From an uncultured virus (IMG/VR IMGVR_UViG_2865217878_000004) (lineage: Duplodnaviria; Heunggongvirae; Uroviricota; Caudoviricetes): DNA of 64,000 nucleotides. This document shows, piece after piece, positions 19,219 through 29,215 of the stretch; the stretch's first letter is position 1; every line of letters begins with the position of its first letter. The stretch is from IMG/VR virus record IMGVR_UViG_2865217878_000004, one strand, 5' to 3'. The translations under genes were made by a program, and so were the position numbers. Below the pieces are notes generated by a model, which ran no database searches, was not told where the DNA came from, and was given only the letters and a program-made list of their open reading frames with translations.

Positions 19219-19641
19219 GTGATGAGCCACGAAACCGACTACACCCAGCTCCGCGCCGTGCAGTTCGAGCAGGACGGCGACCGCCACACCGTTTACGCGT
19301 CCGTCCATGACCTTGAGCGCCGGAGCGAGCCCGAGCTCTTCGGAGGCGAACGCCGGGGCCTGTACGCCCGACTCCACGTCTCGACGCAGCCCGGAGAGCG
19401 CCCCACCGTGCGCCACATGTCCAGGCTGGTAGGCGAGCAAGCCTGGGTCGTCGACGGCGAGTTCGCCCCGAACGGTTTCCCGCGCCACAACAACGGCTTC
19501 GGCGCCCGCTACCTGCGCACCCACGGCCTTGTGGTCGAACTCGACAAGCTGCTGAACAACGCCGTCCTCGCCCAGGAACTCGCCGTCGAGATCGGCATCG
19601 ACACCCCACTCGTCCTGGACGACGAGAGCCCCGAGGACTGA
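19219..19641 (+). CDS. Hypothetical protein (probably leaderless)
   Basis: 140-aa ORF directly behind the promoter. Confidence 0.75.
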   Translation: MMSHETDYTQLRAVQFEQDGDRHTVYASVHDLERRSEPELFGGERRGLYARLHVSTQPGERPTVRHMSRLVGEQAWVVDGEFAPNGFPRHNNGFGARYLRTHGLVVELDKLLNNAVLAQELAVEIGIDTPLVLDDESPED

Positions 19642-19717
19642 GCCCACGGCGCGGAGAACGCCCGTCCCGCCACCTCTCCGCGCCTCTTCGGCGGGAACGA
19701 ACCCTCAAGGAGTCTCC

Positions 19718-20032
19718 ATGAGCAGAACCCTCGTCGGCACCCGGTTCACCACCGGCTGCGGTCACTCCTGGAAGCGCCGCCACCCCAAGTGGACAGCTGG
19801 GGAGCTGCGCGGAGCCAGCACCGACTGCAACTACTGCGGAGTGCTACTCCTCATCGTCATCCCCGACGACATGCCGGACCACCTCTACCCCGCCAACGTC
19901 CACTGTCCCTTGTTCCACGCCCAGTTGGCGAAGGAGACGGATGGCCTGTGGCCCGCCGACGGTGCCGGCACCTTCTCCGTGGGCTTCTCGCCGACCCCCG
20001 AGCCCGACCAACCAGCGGACGGCCAGGCGTAG
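19718..20032 (+). CDS. Hypothetical Cys-containing protein
   Basis: AAGGAG RBS; CGH...CNYC. Confidence 0.7.
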   Translation: MSRTLVGTRFTTGCGHSWKRRHPKWTAGELRGASTDCNYCGVLLLIVIPDDMPDHLYPANVHCPLFHAQLAKETDGLWPADGAGTFSVGFSPTPEPDQPADGQA

Positions 20033-20142
20033 AGAGCCCTTATCAGGCCCTCCAGTTGAGGGCCACCGACCCCAGTGGTCGCGACCTCCCCATCTCTCCC
20101 CAGGGCGCCGCCGTGGGCGTCCCCACCATCTTGGACACGACC

Positions 20143-20406
20143 ATGAGTGATTACGCACAGGCCAGGCTGCCGTACGTGTACACCGACAGGGATGGCGACA
20201 CCATCGAGATCGGCTCCGTGCTTGCCAGCTCTTCCGCGGGCGACAGACCGGTCGTCTCCGTCACCGTCGCGGGAGTCGGGGGCGTCGCAGGCAACGGCCG
20301 CCGCGCGGTCGCGTACATCGAACTGGCCGATCTCGAAGCCGTCATCACAGCGCAGCGCGAGGCCGCCAAGGCCGCCGACAAGCTGACTTCGGGGGAGGTG
20401 TCTTGA
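20143..20406 (+). CDS. Hypothetical protein
   Basis: Protein-like ORF coupled to the next gene. Confidence 0.6.
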   Translation: MSDYAQARLPYVYTDRDGDTIEIGSVLASSSAGDRPVVSVTVAGVGGVAGNGRRAVAYIELADLEAVITAQREAAKAADKLTSGEVS

Positions 20407-20861
20407 TGCTGTACGTGATGAGGTGCCCGTGCTGCGGCGACCCGCTGGCCGTCACCGAGGAGCAGCGGCACACCGCGACGAGTCTGCTGATCGACCCGGA
20501 GACCGGCCTTCCCCCGGACGTCGACCCGGAGACCGGGGCGCAGGTCAAGCCCCATCCCGAAGCGGTGAGGCGATCGAAGCGTCGCCCCATCTGCGCCTCG
20601 TGCCTGGAGCAGTTCATCTTCGAGGGACACGTCACCTGGAAGGTGCGCCTGCCCGGCGAGCCCGAGGCGATCGGCCACGCGTGGGGGGAACCGCTGACCG
20701 ATGCTTCCGGCAAACCGCTGGCCACGCAGTGCCCATTTCCCGCGTGCAGCAAGGTCGTGGAGGTCATCAACGGCCGCATCGAGAAGCACACCATGACACC
20801 CAGTCTGTCGGATGTCTGCCCGTGCTCGGAGGCCATGGTGGTCTTCAGTGATCCAGCTTGA
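20403..20861 (+). CDS. Zn-finger hypothetical protein
   Basis: CPCC, CASC, CPFPAC; GGAGG RBS. Confidence 0.7.
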   Translation: MMLYVMRCPCCGDPLAVTEEQRHTATSLLIDPETGLPPDVDPETGAQVKPHPEAVRRSKRRPICASCLEQFIFEGHVTWKVRLPGEPEAIGHAWGEPLTDASGKPLATQCPFPACSKVVEVINGRIEKHTMTPSLSDVCPCSEAMVVFSDPA

Positions 20862-20924
20862 GGATCGGATCACTCATCGTGCTCCGTCATCCCAAGACCC
20901 GCTGTCCGTCGCGAAGGAGACCTC

Positions 20925-21194
20925 GTGCTTCCCGTGCTGGCAATCGTCGAGGCTTCGTGGGCCTTCGGCATGGTCGTGCTGGCGTGGCATCTGCGACGCG
21001 CCGCTCGCGACCCCGACTTCCTCGCAGCGATGAACCGTTACAGCCGGGAGGAGATCGCGCTCATCATGACCGTCGCCTGCGCCGCGTGGCCGCTGCTCCT
21101 CATTCAGCTGGCCATCAATCGGGTTCTCAACCGCCGCGATCGCCGTCGCCGTCGTCGGGACAGCGACCGTGGAAAGCCGCCTCCGACAGCCTGA
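20925..21194 (+). CDS. Small membrane protein
   Basis: Two hydrophobic segments; AAGGAG RBS. Confidence 0.65.
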   Translation: MLPVLAIVEASWAFGMVVLAWHLRRAARDPDFLAAMNRYSREEIALIMTVACAAWPLLLIQLAINRVLNRRDRRRRRRDSDRGKPPPTA

Positions 21195-21356
21195 CGTCCG
21201 GGAAGCTCCACAACGGTCCTCCCCAGCGCCCGGCCCCAATTCCCCGACAGAGAAATGCTGTAGCTGCCTCACTGACCAGCAACGTAACGAAGTTCACCAC
21301 GCCCGACATCGGCACCAGCAGAATTGAAGCCGAGTCGCGACCAGAATAGTCACAGG

Positions 21357-22130
21357 ATGATGGGAATGAGTGCACTAAACTTGCTCGTGGTGGATTGGGA
21401 CTTCTTCTTTCCCAATCCCACACTGAGTGCCGACCTCGGACACAACGCTGTCCTGTACCTCTGGGATCATTCGGAAGCCCCGATATTCCAGACAGCAGTC
21501 GTGTGGGCGCCACGCGCTGCCGCCTTCCAGCGGAATGGACTGGAACTTCCCATGACCGAGGGGTGGGAGAACTTCTGGAGAAGGTTCCATTTCTCGGAAG
21601 GGGTGACGGTGCTCTACGGGGACAGCAACCTACATGCGGGACGCATCTTTCCGACAACGTTCGGATGGGACCAACCGGCATGGGGCACGGTATCGCTGTG
21701 GGATGCGCACCACGACTGCGGATACAAGCGCACCATCTCGTTTGAAGAATGGCAGGCGCGGGGTGTTTTGAGCTGTGAGGACTGGATGCTCGCTCATTAC
21801 GGCCGGGGCAGCACGCTGGAAGTGATCTATCCGGAATGGCGTAAGCGGGTGGGCACAGTAGAGCCTGAGCCGCTGGTGCCTGTTGACAGGCGCGTGGACG
21901 ACGGCACGACCATCGACCGCCCCTACCACGCCGTGTACGTGTGCCGTTCCGGAGCATGGGTGCCGCCATGGTGCGATGACCAGTTTTCGCAGTTCATCGA
22001 GGGCGCGCCGGATTCGTGGCCCACAGAGATACCGGGCAATGAGTGGGTGCACCCGCGTCCGGATGTGCTCCAGGAGGCACGCCAGCAGATCAGGAACTGG
22101 GAGCAGTTGCAGGAGCGGCTGGGGGAGTAG
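21357..22130 (+). CDS. Arginase/ureohydrolase-fold (UPF0489-like) metalloprotein
   Basis: VDWDFF, WDAHHD, CEDW, CRSGAWVPPW motifs. Confidence 0.65.
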   Translation: MMGMSALNLLVVDWDFFFPNPTLSADLGHNAVLYLWDHSEAPIFQTAVVWAPRAAAFQRNGLELPMTEGWENFWRRFHFSEGVTVLYGDSNLHAGRIFPTTFGWDQPAWGTVSLWDAHHDCGYKRTISFEEWQARGVLSCEDWMLAHYGRGSTLEVIYPEWRKRVGTVEPEPLVPVDRRVDDGTTIDRPYHAVYVCRSGAWVPPWCDDQFSQFIEGAPDSWPTEIPGNEWVHPRPDVLQEARQQIRNWEQLQERLGE

Positions 22131-22292
22131 GGACTCCCGTGTCGCGCCGGCGGACGTCGTCTCCTCCGGCCTGATGACGATGGCGAAGGCGCGCGACGAC
22201 CTTCACCAGCTTCACTGCCCTGCCCCACGAGAAGACACGACAACGGGCCTATACCGTTCGATCGAACACGCTTCAAGGGAATGAGCTGAACT

Positions 22293-22523
22293 ATGTCCGT
22301 ACACAACAGCGCCAGCGGCAACATCACCGGTCTCATCCAGGGCGGGGACTTCGGGTCGATCACTTTCGGGTCCGGTGGCCCCGCAGTCGACGGCGAACAG
22401 ATGCTGAGCATCAGCGCTCAGACACGAGACACCATCGTCGGCCTGCTCGACCGCCTCGCCTCCCTCGACCCGGAGACGGCCGCGGAGGCCCGGCAGACCG
22501 CCGAGCAGCTGCGAGGTCTCTGA
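22293..22523 (+). CDS. Hypothetical small protein
   Basis: 76 aa; NSASGNITGLIQGGD low-complexity N-terminus. Confidence 0.55.
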   Translation: MSVHNSASGNITGLIQGGDFGSITFGSGGPAVDGEQMLSISAQTRDTIVGLLDRLASLDPETAAEARQTAEQLRGL

Positions 22524-22691
22524 GCTCGCAAACTCGGGCCATACGCCGTCGCGCGCTCCTTCCACCAGAGAGCTGAGTTGGGTTCGAGCGTTGAGCGTGG
22601 CCGGGGGACCTCGGACGGCGTGGCCAGTGCGTGATTCGCAAGCAGAACAGCGGACCGAGGAGATCGCGGCGACCAGCGACCAACTCCGGGT

Positions 22692-23015
22692 TCAGATGGT
22701 TGGTGTCAGGTCGCGGGCGGAGATCTTCTCCAGGTGTGCGGCGAAGGTCTGGCGGGCTTCAGGGGAAAGGCGGGCGAGGGTGACCATGGCTGTGATGATC
22801 ACGTCGCATACCTCGGCTTCGACGTCTTGCCAGGTGTGAGTGTGCCCCTTGCGGGGGTTCTGACCGGTCGCTCCGAAGACTGCTTCGGCGACTTCTCCGG
22901 CTTCCTCCGTGATCTTGAGGATCTGGAGGAGGCGGCGCTGCTCTGCCGGGAGTGCGCTGCTGTGGTGTTCCAAGCGGGCGGCGAGGCGTTCGATTACGTC
23001 CCAGGTGTCGTGCAT
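22692..23015 (-). CDS. MazG-like nucleotide pyrophosphohydrolase
   Basis: KITEEAGEVAEA...GQNPRKG...EVCDV. Confidence 0.88.
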   Translation of the reverse strand: MHDTWDVIERLAARLEHHSSALPAEQRRLLQILKITEEAGEVAEAVFGATGQNPRKGHTHTWQDVEAEVCDVIITAMVTLARLSPEARQTFAAHLEKISARDLTPTI

Positions 23016-23040
23016 GGGGTGCTCCGATTCGAGGTGAGGC

Positions 23041-23365
23041 TCAGCGGGCGCCTTCGGCGCAGGTGACGTGTAGGGCGAGGGCGGAGTGGTCGGTCAGGCC
23101 CAGTTCCCGAGGCCGGTGGAGGTAGCCGCAGGACAGCAGCCGGGAGTGATGGGCGGTGGCGAGGAAAGCGTGGTCGAAACGGTAGCCGTTGCCGCCGCGG
23201 CCGAACCAGGAGTGTTCGACGGTCTGGGGATGGAGGTGGCAGTAGGCGTCGGTCAGTCCGGCTGCGGCGAAGGAGCGGTAGAAGTCGTACTCCCACGTGC
23301 CGAAGACGGGGTAACGGGGGGCATGGTCGGGTTCGAGGATGTTGAGGTCGTCGGCCACGATGGCG
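23041..23365 (-). pseudogene. C-terminal fragment of an endonuclease/exonuclease/phosphatase (ExoIII-like) gene
   Basis: DDLN...LTDAY...HSW...YRFDHAF...TDHS; N-terminal half missing. Confidence 0.8.
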
Positions 23366-23671
23366 CCTGCGCCAGTCAGGAACGGTGGTAACGCTGGAGA
23401 GATGGGCGGTCAGCCCTGCCCGGTGGCCCGGTCGGCAAAGTCCGCGGTGGATGAACCCCACGGCTGCCGAGGCGAGCCCGGACCTGTCCGGCGCGTCGAT
23501 CACGAAGGCCACCAGGTCCGGATCTCGCTGGAAGAGGCGCCGGGAGAGGTCGTTGCCCAGAGTCGAGCGCCACCCTTCGTCGACCACCCGGCCAGCGCCG
23601 ACTTCCACGTGCAGTCGTATCAGCTCGCCAACGTCCCCGAGAATCGCTCGGCGCGGCGCTGGCTTGCTCAC
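23366..23671 (-). pseudogene. N-terminal fragment of a GNAT acetyltransferase
   Basis: RRAILGD...HLSSVTTVPDWRRR ends at the acetyl-CoA motif and joins the EEP remnant out of frame. Confidence 0.75.
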
Positions 23672-24561
23672 CAGGCGTTCCTCTTTTCCTTCAACACCAG
23701 CTCGCCGAGCTCCTCCGCCAACTCACGGGCGGAGGGCCGAGCATCCGGCTGGAATGCCAGCGCCCTGCGCAGCACCGCGCCGAAGTCGTCCCAGCCGAAC
23801 GAACCGATTGCGTAGCGTGCCTGCCCGGAGGCGACCACCTCGCGCTTCGCCAAGAGATCACCCGGCGCGGGATCGACACCGGCTGCCTCGTAATCCACCG
23901 GCCACATCTCGGTCCAGCACCGCCACAGCGTCCCTCCCAGCGCGTACACGTCGGCCTGGGGTGTCGGTGTGGTCGGCTGGCCATCCAGCAGTTGCTGGGA
24001 GATCTCCGGTGCTTCCAGGTGCACGAGCATCCCCGTGTACGGGAGCCGTACGTCTTCGGGGAGAGCGTCGCCAGGGCCGTGGGCCAGGGCAAGGTCCAGG
24101 AGCCGTGACCGTTCGGCTGTGCGGATGACGTGCTCGGGCTGGAGGTCCCCGTGCGCCCATCCCTCCTGGTGGAGAGAAGCGAGCGCGCTGGCGGCGGAGG
24201 CTGCTGCCTGGAGCGAGTGGAGTCGCGCGGCACGGAGGAGCGGATTGTGGCGGACGCCAGCGAAATCCTCCCACAGAGAGGGGCCATGCCACCACGGCGT
24301 GGCCATCCAGGAGCCGCCGTCCGGCAGACGCCCGGCGCCCAGCACCCTGCCTGCGGTCTCTCCGATGGCGTGAATCACCGCCGCCTCCCGTGCTGGCAGC
24401 ACGGCCCCCTCGCCATCGGGGGCTGCGGCCTTCACCGCCACCGTGACTCCGTTGATCACCTGCACACGCCACACCTGCGCGCCACGCCGGTTGGTCACTT
24501 CCTCGGCGTTGATCAAGGGACCGAAGTGCTTTCGGAGAGCGTTCGTCAGGTCATTCTGCAT
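23668..24561 (-). CDS. Ser/Thr protein kinase-like protein
   Basis: VAVK, HGDLQPEH, LLDLALA, APE, ADVYALG, RP.ARE. Confidence 0.85.
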   Translation of the reverse strand: MQNDLTNALRKHFGPLINAEEVTNRRGAQVWRVQVINGVTVAVKAAAPDGEGAVLPAREAAVIHAIGETAGRVLGAGRLPDGGSWMATPWWHGPSLWEDFAGVRHNPLLRAARLHSLQAAASAASALASLHQEGWAHGDLQPEHVIRTAERSRLLDLALAHGPGDALPEDVRLPYTGMLVHLEAPEISQQLLDGQPTTPTPQADVYALGGTLWRCWTEMWPVDYEAAGVDPAPGDLLAKREVVASGQARYAIGSFGWDDFGAVLRRALAFQPDARPSARELAEELGELVLKEKRNAW

Positions 24562-24658
24562 TCCTGTCGTCCAATCGTTCTGCGCGGCTGATGGGAACTG
24601 TTACGGCTGCTCTGCCGTGGCAGCCGCTCCGGTGCTGCCGTTCGGGCGTGGCGGCGCC

Positions 24659-24838
24659 TTAAGAAGATGGCGGGTCACCCGGCCGAGGCGGGGTCTTGGC
24701 CTTGTACTCCTGGGCGGCTTGGCCGTAGACCTGCTGGCCCAGGGCGCGCAGCGTGGGGTCTGACGAGTCAGCCAGCTCGGCAGCGGCGTCCAGGACCTCT
24801 TCGAGCTCTTCGTCGCTGGCGCCTGGTGTGGCGGTCAT
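24659..24838 (-). CDS. Small 59-aa peptide
   Basis: GAAGGA RBS; acidic helical N-terminus and Pro-rich tail. Confidence 0.6.
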   Translation of the reverse strand: MTATPGASDEELEEVLDAAAELADSSDPTLRALGQQVYGQAAQEYKAKTPPRPGDPPSS

Positions 24839-24858
24839 GCTGTGGTTGGATCCTTCGC

Positions 24859-25529
24859 TTACGGTCGGTGAGGGAGCTGTCCGGACCAGGCGCGCACGGC
24901 CGGTCACGGGGTCGGCGTCGGGTGTCAGGCCCGGCACGGTCGTCCAGACCGACCGGCCATCGTCGCGCGCCGTCGAGACCGCGCGCGCCAGCTCGGGCGT
25001 GCCGGTCAGGAGGTCCGGGTCGCGTGCGGGGATCGCGGCGCGGACGGCGAGGATCCGCGTGGGGGGCGGCGCCACTCGGCTGCCGTCCCGGCATCGGAAC
25101 TCCGTGGGGGAAACTTCCTGAAGAGCACGCCGATAGGGGTGTAGAGGCGCTTGAGTGCGCAGTGGGGCCAGGACAGGACGGCGGCCTGGCGGGCGCGACT
25201 GTTGTCCCATTCGAGCGCGATGACCTCGAACGGCAGGCGATGCCCGGCCTTCACCTGGTTGCGTACCCTTTCTGCGGCCTCGGCTCCCGCGGCGAACAGG
25301 GCGGTCTCGACCTCGACGGCGTGGGCCGCTGACGGCATGCGGTAGCGGGTCCACCAGGTCTGACCTGATGCCATGGCCTGACCGAGATTCGGGCAGGCGT
25401 GGGCGACCGCCGCCGCGTACCGCGTGAGGCCGACTTCGACGGGGTCTTGGGTTCGAATGTCGGGCAGGGGCGGTACCCCGGCAGCCGGGAGGCCTGCCGG
25501 GGTACCGCGGTGTGCTGCGTGATGCTCAT
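24859..25529 (-). pseudogene. DUF6875-like protein with about three frameshifts
   Basis: Segments CPNL, WPHCALK..Y..IGVLF.KF, PPTRILAVRAA..RD and AVRAWS lie in successive frames. Confidence 0.55.
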
Positions 25530-26068
25530 CAGGAAGAGCCGCCGGAGGAACGGGGCGAGTACTGGAGGCCGTCCGGGTCCCGACGCAGCGTGGGCACACC
25601 GCTGTCATCGCCGTCCGGCTTCTGAGGCGAGCAGTCCCAGCTGGTTGCGATGTTCCCGGTGTAGCGGTAGGTGTCCAGCGTTCCCTGGTCGACGACTCCC
25701 TCAGCATCGGCGAACCAGATGTCCGGAAGTGCGCCGAACTGCTTCTCGTAGGCAGCGATCCAGTTCACCGGGCCCTCGCCGGCGAGTTCCACGTGCTGGA
25801 TGGAAGCGCCGGCGTGCGTCCGGCAGAAGGCCTCGTACTGCTCGGGGTGGTCCAGCATCCGATGCCACGCGACATCGATGAAGCCGGAGAACATCGGCAT
25901 CTCGCTGTTCGACGGCTGGCTGCGGGTGAGGTGGAAGAACCGGCCCAGCTCGGCCAGGGCCTCGTCCTCGGTGAAGGAAGGGCGTTCCATGAGTAGGGTC
26001 ATTCGGGCGATATCTCCTAGATAGCGTTGTTGCGGTTGGTGCTCCCCTCCGCGCGTCGAGGACGTCAC
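25529..26068 (-). CDS. GRDP/DUF1399-like protein
   Basis: EL.RFF...S.FIDVAWH...Y.AFC...G..I.H pattern. Confidence 0.65.
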   Translation of the reverse strand: MTSSTRGGEHQPQQRYLGDIARMTLLMERPSFTEDEALAELGRFFHLTRSQPSNSEMPMFSGFIDVAWHRMLDHPEQYEAFCRTHAGASIQHVELAGEGPVNWIAAYEKQFGALPDIWFADAEGVVDQGTLDTYRYTGNIATSWDCSPQKPDGDDSGVPTLRRDPDGLQYSPRSSGGSS

Positions 26069-26452
26069 GGAAGGGCAGTACCGTCCGCTGCCGGTCGCAT
26101 TTCTGCCGGCCGACGGCGGACGGAGCAGTTGCCGGGACAGAGGAGCGGTTCAGACGGGCCGTCTGGATGTGCTCCTGTGCCCCGGATGCGTGAACGGCGG
26201 CTCAGTGTGCGCCGGCCGCCATCGCGTGAGAACGGCTGGACGGCGAGTGGCGGTGCCCCCTCCGGGCCGGGAGCAGGGGCTCACCGGCCCGGAGGGGGGT
26301 GCAGGCCCGCACCGAAAGGGGGTGTGCGGGCCGGGCCGTCCCTCCTTGAAGGGGGTGAACAGGGAGGGACGGCGCTCTCCCGCCCGGTGCCGGCTGGGGC
26401 CGTTTGCGCCGGGACCGCTCCGGAGCCGGGGCGGGAAGCGACGAGGCTGAGT

Positions 26453-26974
26453 TCACCCGGAGGGGGTGGTCCGTCTCCAGGCCGAGGTCACGATGGACGG
26501 TGGGTTACCAGTGAGGCAGGGCGCGGGATACTCCCCGTCCCGGACGGCTGCGGCGGCGCGGATGTGCCATGCCATATACGGCTCCGCCTGTTCGGTCAGT
26601 TCGTCCTTGGTGAGCCAGAGATGGGAATGCGCTCCCGCTCCCAGTGCGATATCCGTGGTGTCCCGTTCGACGGGGCCGCCGTCGAACACGATGGTGACGC
26701 CGTCGTGCGCACTCCCGCTCTCGCTGGGCATTTCGTGCACGACGAGCATCTTTCCGGGCGTGATCGTCAGGCCGGTCATCGTCAGACACGTCTGCTGGCA
26801 AGCCTTGTGGAAAGGGTCGTGGGCGTCGACGGGGCCGCCAGGCAGCCCAAGCACCCGCCGATCGCCGAACTCCTGCTCCACCAGCAGGACACGGCGCTTA
26901 TCAGAGCTGTAGATCAGAGCTTGTGTGTATATCTGCCGACCGGGAGAATCGGCGAATTCGTGCACGACGTTCAC
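26453..26974 (-). CDS. NUDIX hydrolase (degenerate Nudix box)
   Basis: VLLVE...LPGG.VD...C...TGL, VFDGG; the catalytic REXXEE is replaced by QTCLTM. Confidence 0.75.
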   Translation of the reverse strand: MNVVHEFADSPGRQIYTQALIYSSDKRRVLLVEQEFGDRRVLGLPGGPVDAHDPFHKACQQTCLTMTGLTITPGKMLVVHEMPSESGSAHDGVTIVFDGGPVERDTTDIALGAGAHSHLWLTKDELTEQAEPYMAWHIRAAAAVRDGEYPAPCLTGNPPSIVTSAWRRTTPSG

Positions 26975-27120
26975 GGGTGATTCCCTTCGTTCCGTGGCTG
27001 CGCTGGATCGACGACATCGGAACCTTCAGGACCGAAAATTTTGGCCAACAACTCCTCCTCCCGGCCGAGAGGAGTCGAGGTGGCATGTCTCACGGCAACG
27101 TCGAGGGCAAGACGGTTCAT
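26971..27120 (-). CDS. Small hypothetical protein
   Basis: GAGGGAG RBS; GTGA coupling to the NUDIX gene. Confidence 0.5.
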   Translation of the reverse strand: MNRLALDVAVRHATSTPLGREEELLAKIFGPEGSDVVDPAQPRNEGNHP

Positions 27121-27268
27121 GGCTCCCTCGAGGTAGCCCGGCTGCGCTGTACGTTCGCGGACGCTCCGGTGGATGCGCCGTCGTTTCCGGCTCAACAGCC
27201 GTACCGTCAGCGACTGGCCCTTGAGACACCACCACCGGTGGCAGGCGCCGAGCCAGGTACGAGCCCTC

Positions 27269-28075
27269 CTAAGCACAGCTCGCCACCACCCTCGGGTACG
27301 TCGACGTCAGCGGAACCGGACGGGCGACGAACTCGTAGATTGCTTCGGCGCCTTCGGCCACGCAGCTCACCAGTTCTCCGCGGCGCAGTCGCTCCAGCGT
27401 CCCGGAGCTGCCAGCCTCGGTGCTGATCCACTCGTGTAGGGCATCTGCGGCTAGCGGGTCTTGGTCTTCGAGGTCGATGGCGACCTGACCTGCACGGGCG
27501 ACGAGCGTGCCCAAGGCCACCGCAGGGTCGTCGGTACACCAATCGCCAAGAGCCAGCAGACGAGATCCGTCGTTCTGCTTCCAGAAGTACGCCACGGATT
27601 CGATGCGGTAGAGGGCTCTCGCGTATGCCCCTTCGATGGGTCCCGAGGGGTTGGCTTTGACTTGGAACCAGACGGTCTTCCCGGTTCCGAAGTGTCGGGG
27701 ATCGTTGAACCAGTCGAGGGTGCTGACGGCGCTCTTGAGCATCCACAAGCCTCGTCCGGAGGTAGCCGTCCAGTCGTCCGGCTCCTTGATCACCGGCAAG
27801 GTCGAGCAGGGGTCGGTCACGCGAACGAAGACCGCAGCGCCGACCTCCCGCAACTCCAGGACGCAGTGCCGATCGCCCGCGTGGCGCAGCACATTGGTGA
27901 GCAACTCGGACACCCCCAACACCACGTCGTTCCTGACGTGCTCGTCGAATCCCCATTCGTCGACGGCAACGGCGGCCTCGTGACGCCAGCGCTGGAGGTC
28001 CCGACCCTCCGGCAGTAACTGAATGTCCCAGCAGCGGAACGGCGTGCACCTCTGGATCGGTTCAGCTACGGCCAT
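27269..28075 (-). CDS. HATPase_c ATP-binding protein (AbaA/anti-sigma-like) with C-terminal extension
   Basis: VSELLTNVLRH, V.D, SGRGL, GKTVW. Confidence 0.88.
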   Translation of the reverse strand: MAVAEPIQRCTPFRCWDIQLLPEGRDLQRWRHEAAVAVDEWGFDEHVRNDVVLGVSELLTNVLRHAGDRHCVLELREVGAAVFVRVTDPCSTLPVIKEPDDWTATSGRGLWMLKSAVSTLDWFNDPRHFGTGKTVWFQVKANPSGPIEGAYARALYRIESVAYFWKQNDGSRLLALGDWCTDDPAVALGTLVARAGQVAIDLEDQDPLAADALHEWISTEAGSSGTLERLRRGELVSCVAEGAEAIYEFVARPVPLTSTYPRVVASCA

Positions 28076-28348
28076 GGGGGTCCTCCGGCTGGGAGAGCAG
28101 GGTGCCGCCGACTCAGGGCGAAACGCCTGCTCACCCGAGACGTGAGGAGACGTCAACTCGCTTGAGCCAGCCGCCGCATGACCGAGAAGGCAGTACGGCA
28201 GCTTGATTCGTAGGCTGCCATGAGGGAACGTTGTCCGCAAGTGGCTGTACGCCAACTGTTGTTCGAAGCGAGATGGACTGAAGTCGGGAGGTTCCTGATG
28301 GAAGAGGTTCCCGAGGGCGGTAAGCTACCCGCGAAGGGAGGAGCTGCC

Positions 28349-29215
28349 ATGACGGACGCACAGCCCAACCTCCACAGGAGGCGTCTCGGTCTACAGCTGA
28401 GGTCGCTACGCAAGGCAACCGGGATGTCGCTGGACGAGGCTGCCGAGAAGCTGGATCTTCCTGGCAAGCCGTCGCTCAGCCGCATTGAGAACGGCAAGCA
28501 GCGGGTGCAGCCGACGGCGATCTTCGGTTTCTTCGAGGTCTACGAGCTGGAGGACGAAGGGCGGCGTCAGTACATCAGGCAACTGGCGAAGCTCGCCGCC
28601 TCCGGCAAGCGGAGCAACCTCATCAACGAGTACCGACACGCCATCCCAGATCCCTTCGCCGAGTACCTCGACCTTGAGGAACTGGCAACCAAGAGCGAGA
28701 CGTTCGCCTTCCTCATCCCCGGCCTCCTCCAGACGGAGGCGTACGCCCACGCCGTCGTCGAGAGCAGTCGCGGCTGGCAGCACCAGCGGGAGATCGCCAG
28801 CTTCGTCGAGCTACGCATGGCTCGGCAGAAGGTCCTGAGGAGACAGGAACCCCTCCATCTGTGGTGCATTCTTGAAGAGGCCGCGCTTATGCGGCGCGTT
28901 GGTGGGAATGCCCTCATGAAGGAGCAACTACAGCATCTACTCAACGTGACCGAGGAGCTCGGTCACGTTCATGTTCAGGTGCTGCTCTTTGATCACGGGG
29001 CCCACACTGGGATGGATGGGAGCTTCCATCTCCTACACTTCCCAGCGGGCCCACCCGTCGCTGTGGTCGAGCCGATGACAACCTCTCTCTACCTGGAGGA
29101 AGACAAGCACTTGGCGCGCTACGAGACGGGGTTCAACCACCTGCGGGGCGAAGCCCTTCCCGCCAAGGCGGCTCGGGACTACATCAACAGAGTGATCAAG
29201 GAACGCTACACATGA
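28349..29215 (+). CDS. XRE regulator with DUF5753 domain (WhiJ/Scr1-like)
   Basis: RRRLGLQLRSLR, SRIENG, IPGLLQTEAYA, LRMARQ. Confidence 0.92.
   Translation: MTDAQPNLHRRRLGLQLRSLRKATGMSLDEAAEKLDLPGKPSLSRIENGKQRVQPTAIFGFFEVYELEDEGRRQYIRQLAKLAASGKRSNLINEYRHAIPDPFAEYLDLEELATKSETFAFLIPGLLQTEAYAHAVVESSRGWQHQREIASFVELRMARQKVLRRQEPLHLWCILEEAALMRRVGGNALMKEQLQHLLNVTEELGHVHVQVLLFDHGAHTGMDGSFHLLHFPAGPPVAVVEPMTTSLYLEEDKHLARYETGFNHLRGEALPAKAARDYINRVIKERYT

Noticed and set aside
22994..23671. 225-aa ORF as an intact gene
   Set aside because: Chimera of a GNAT N-terminus and out-of-frame EEP sequence.
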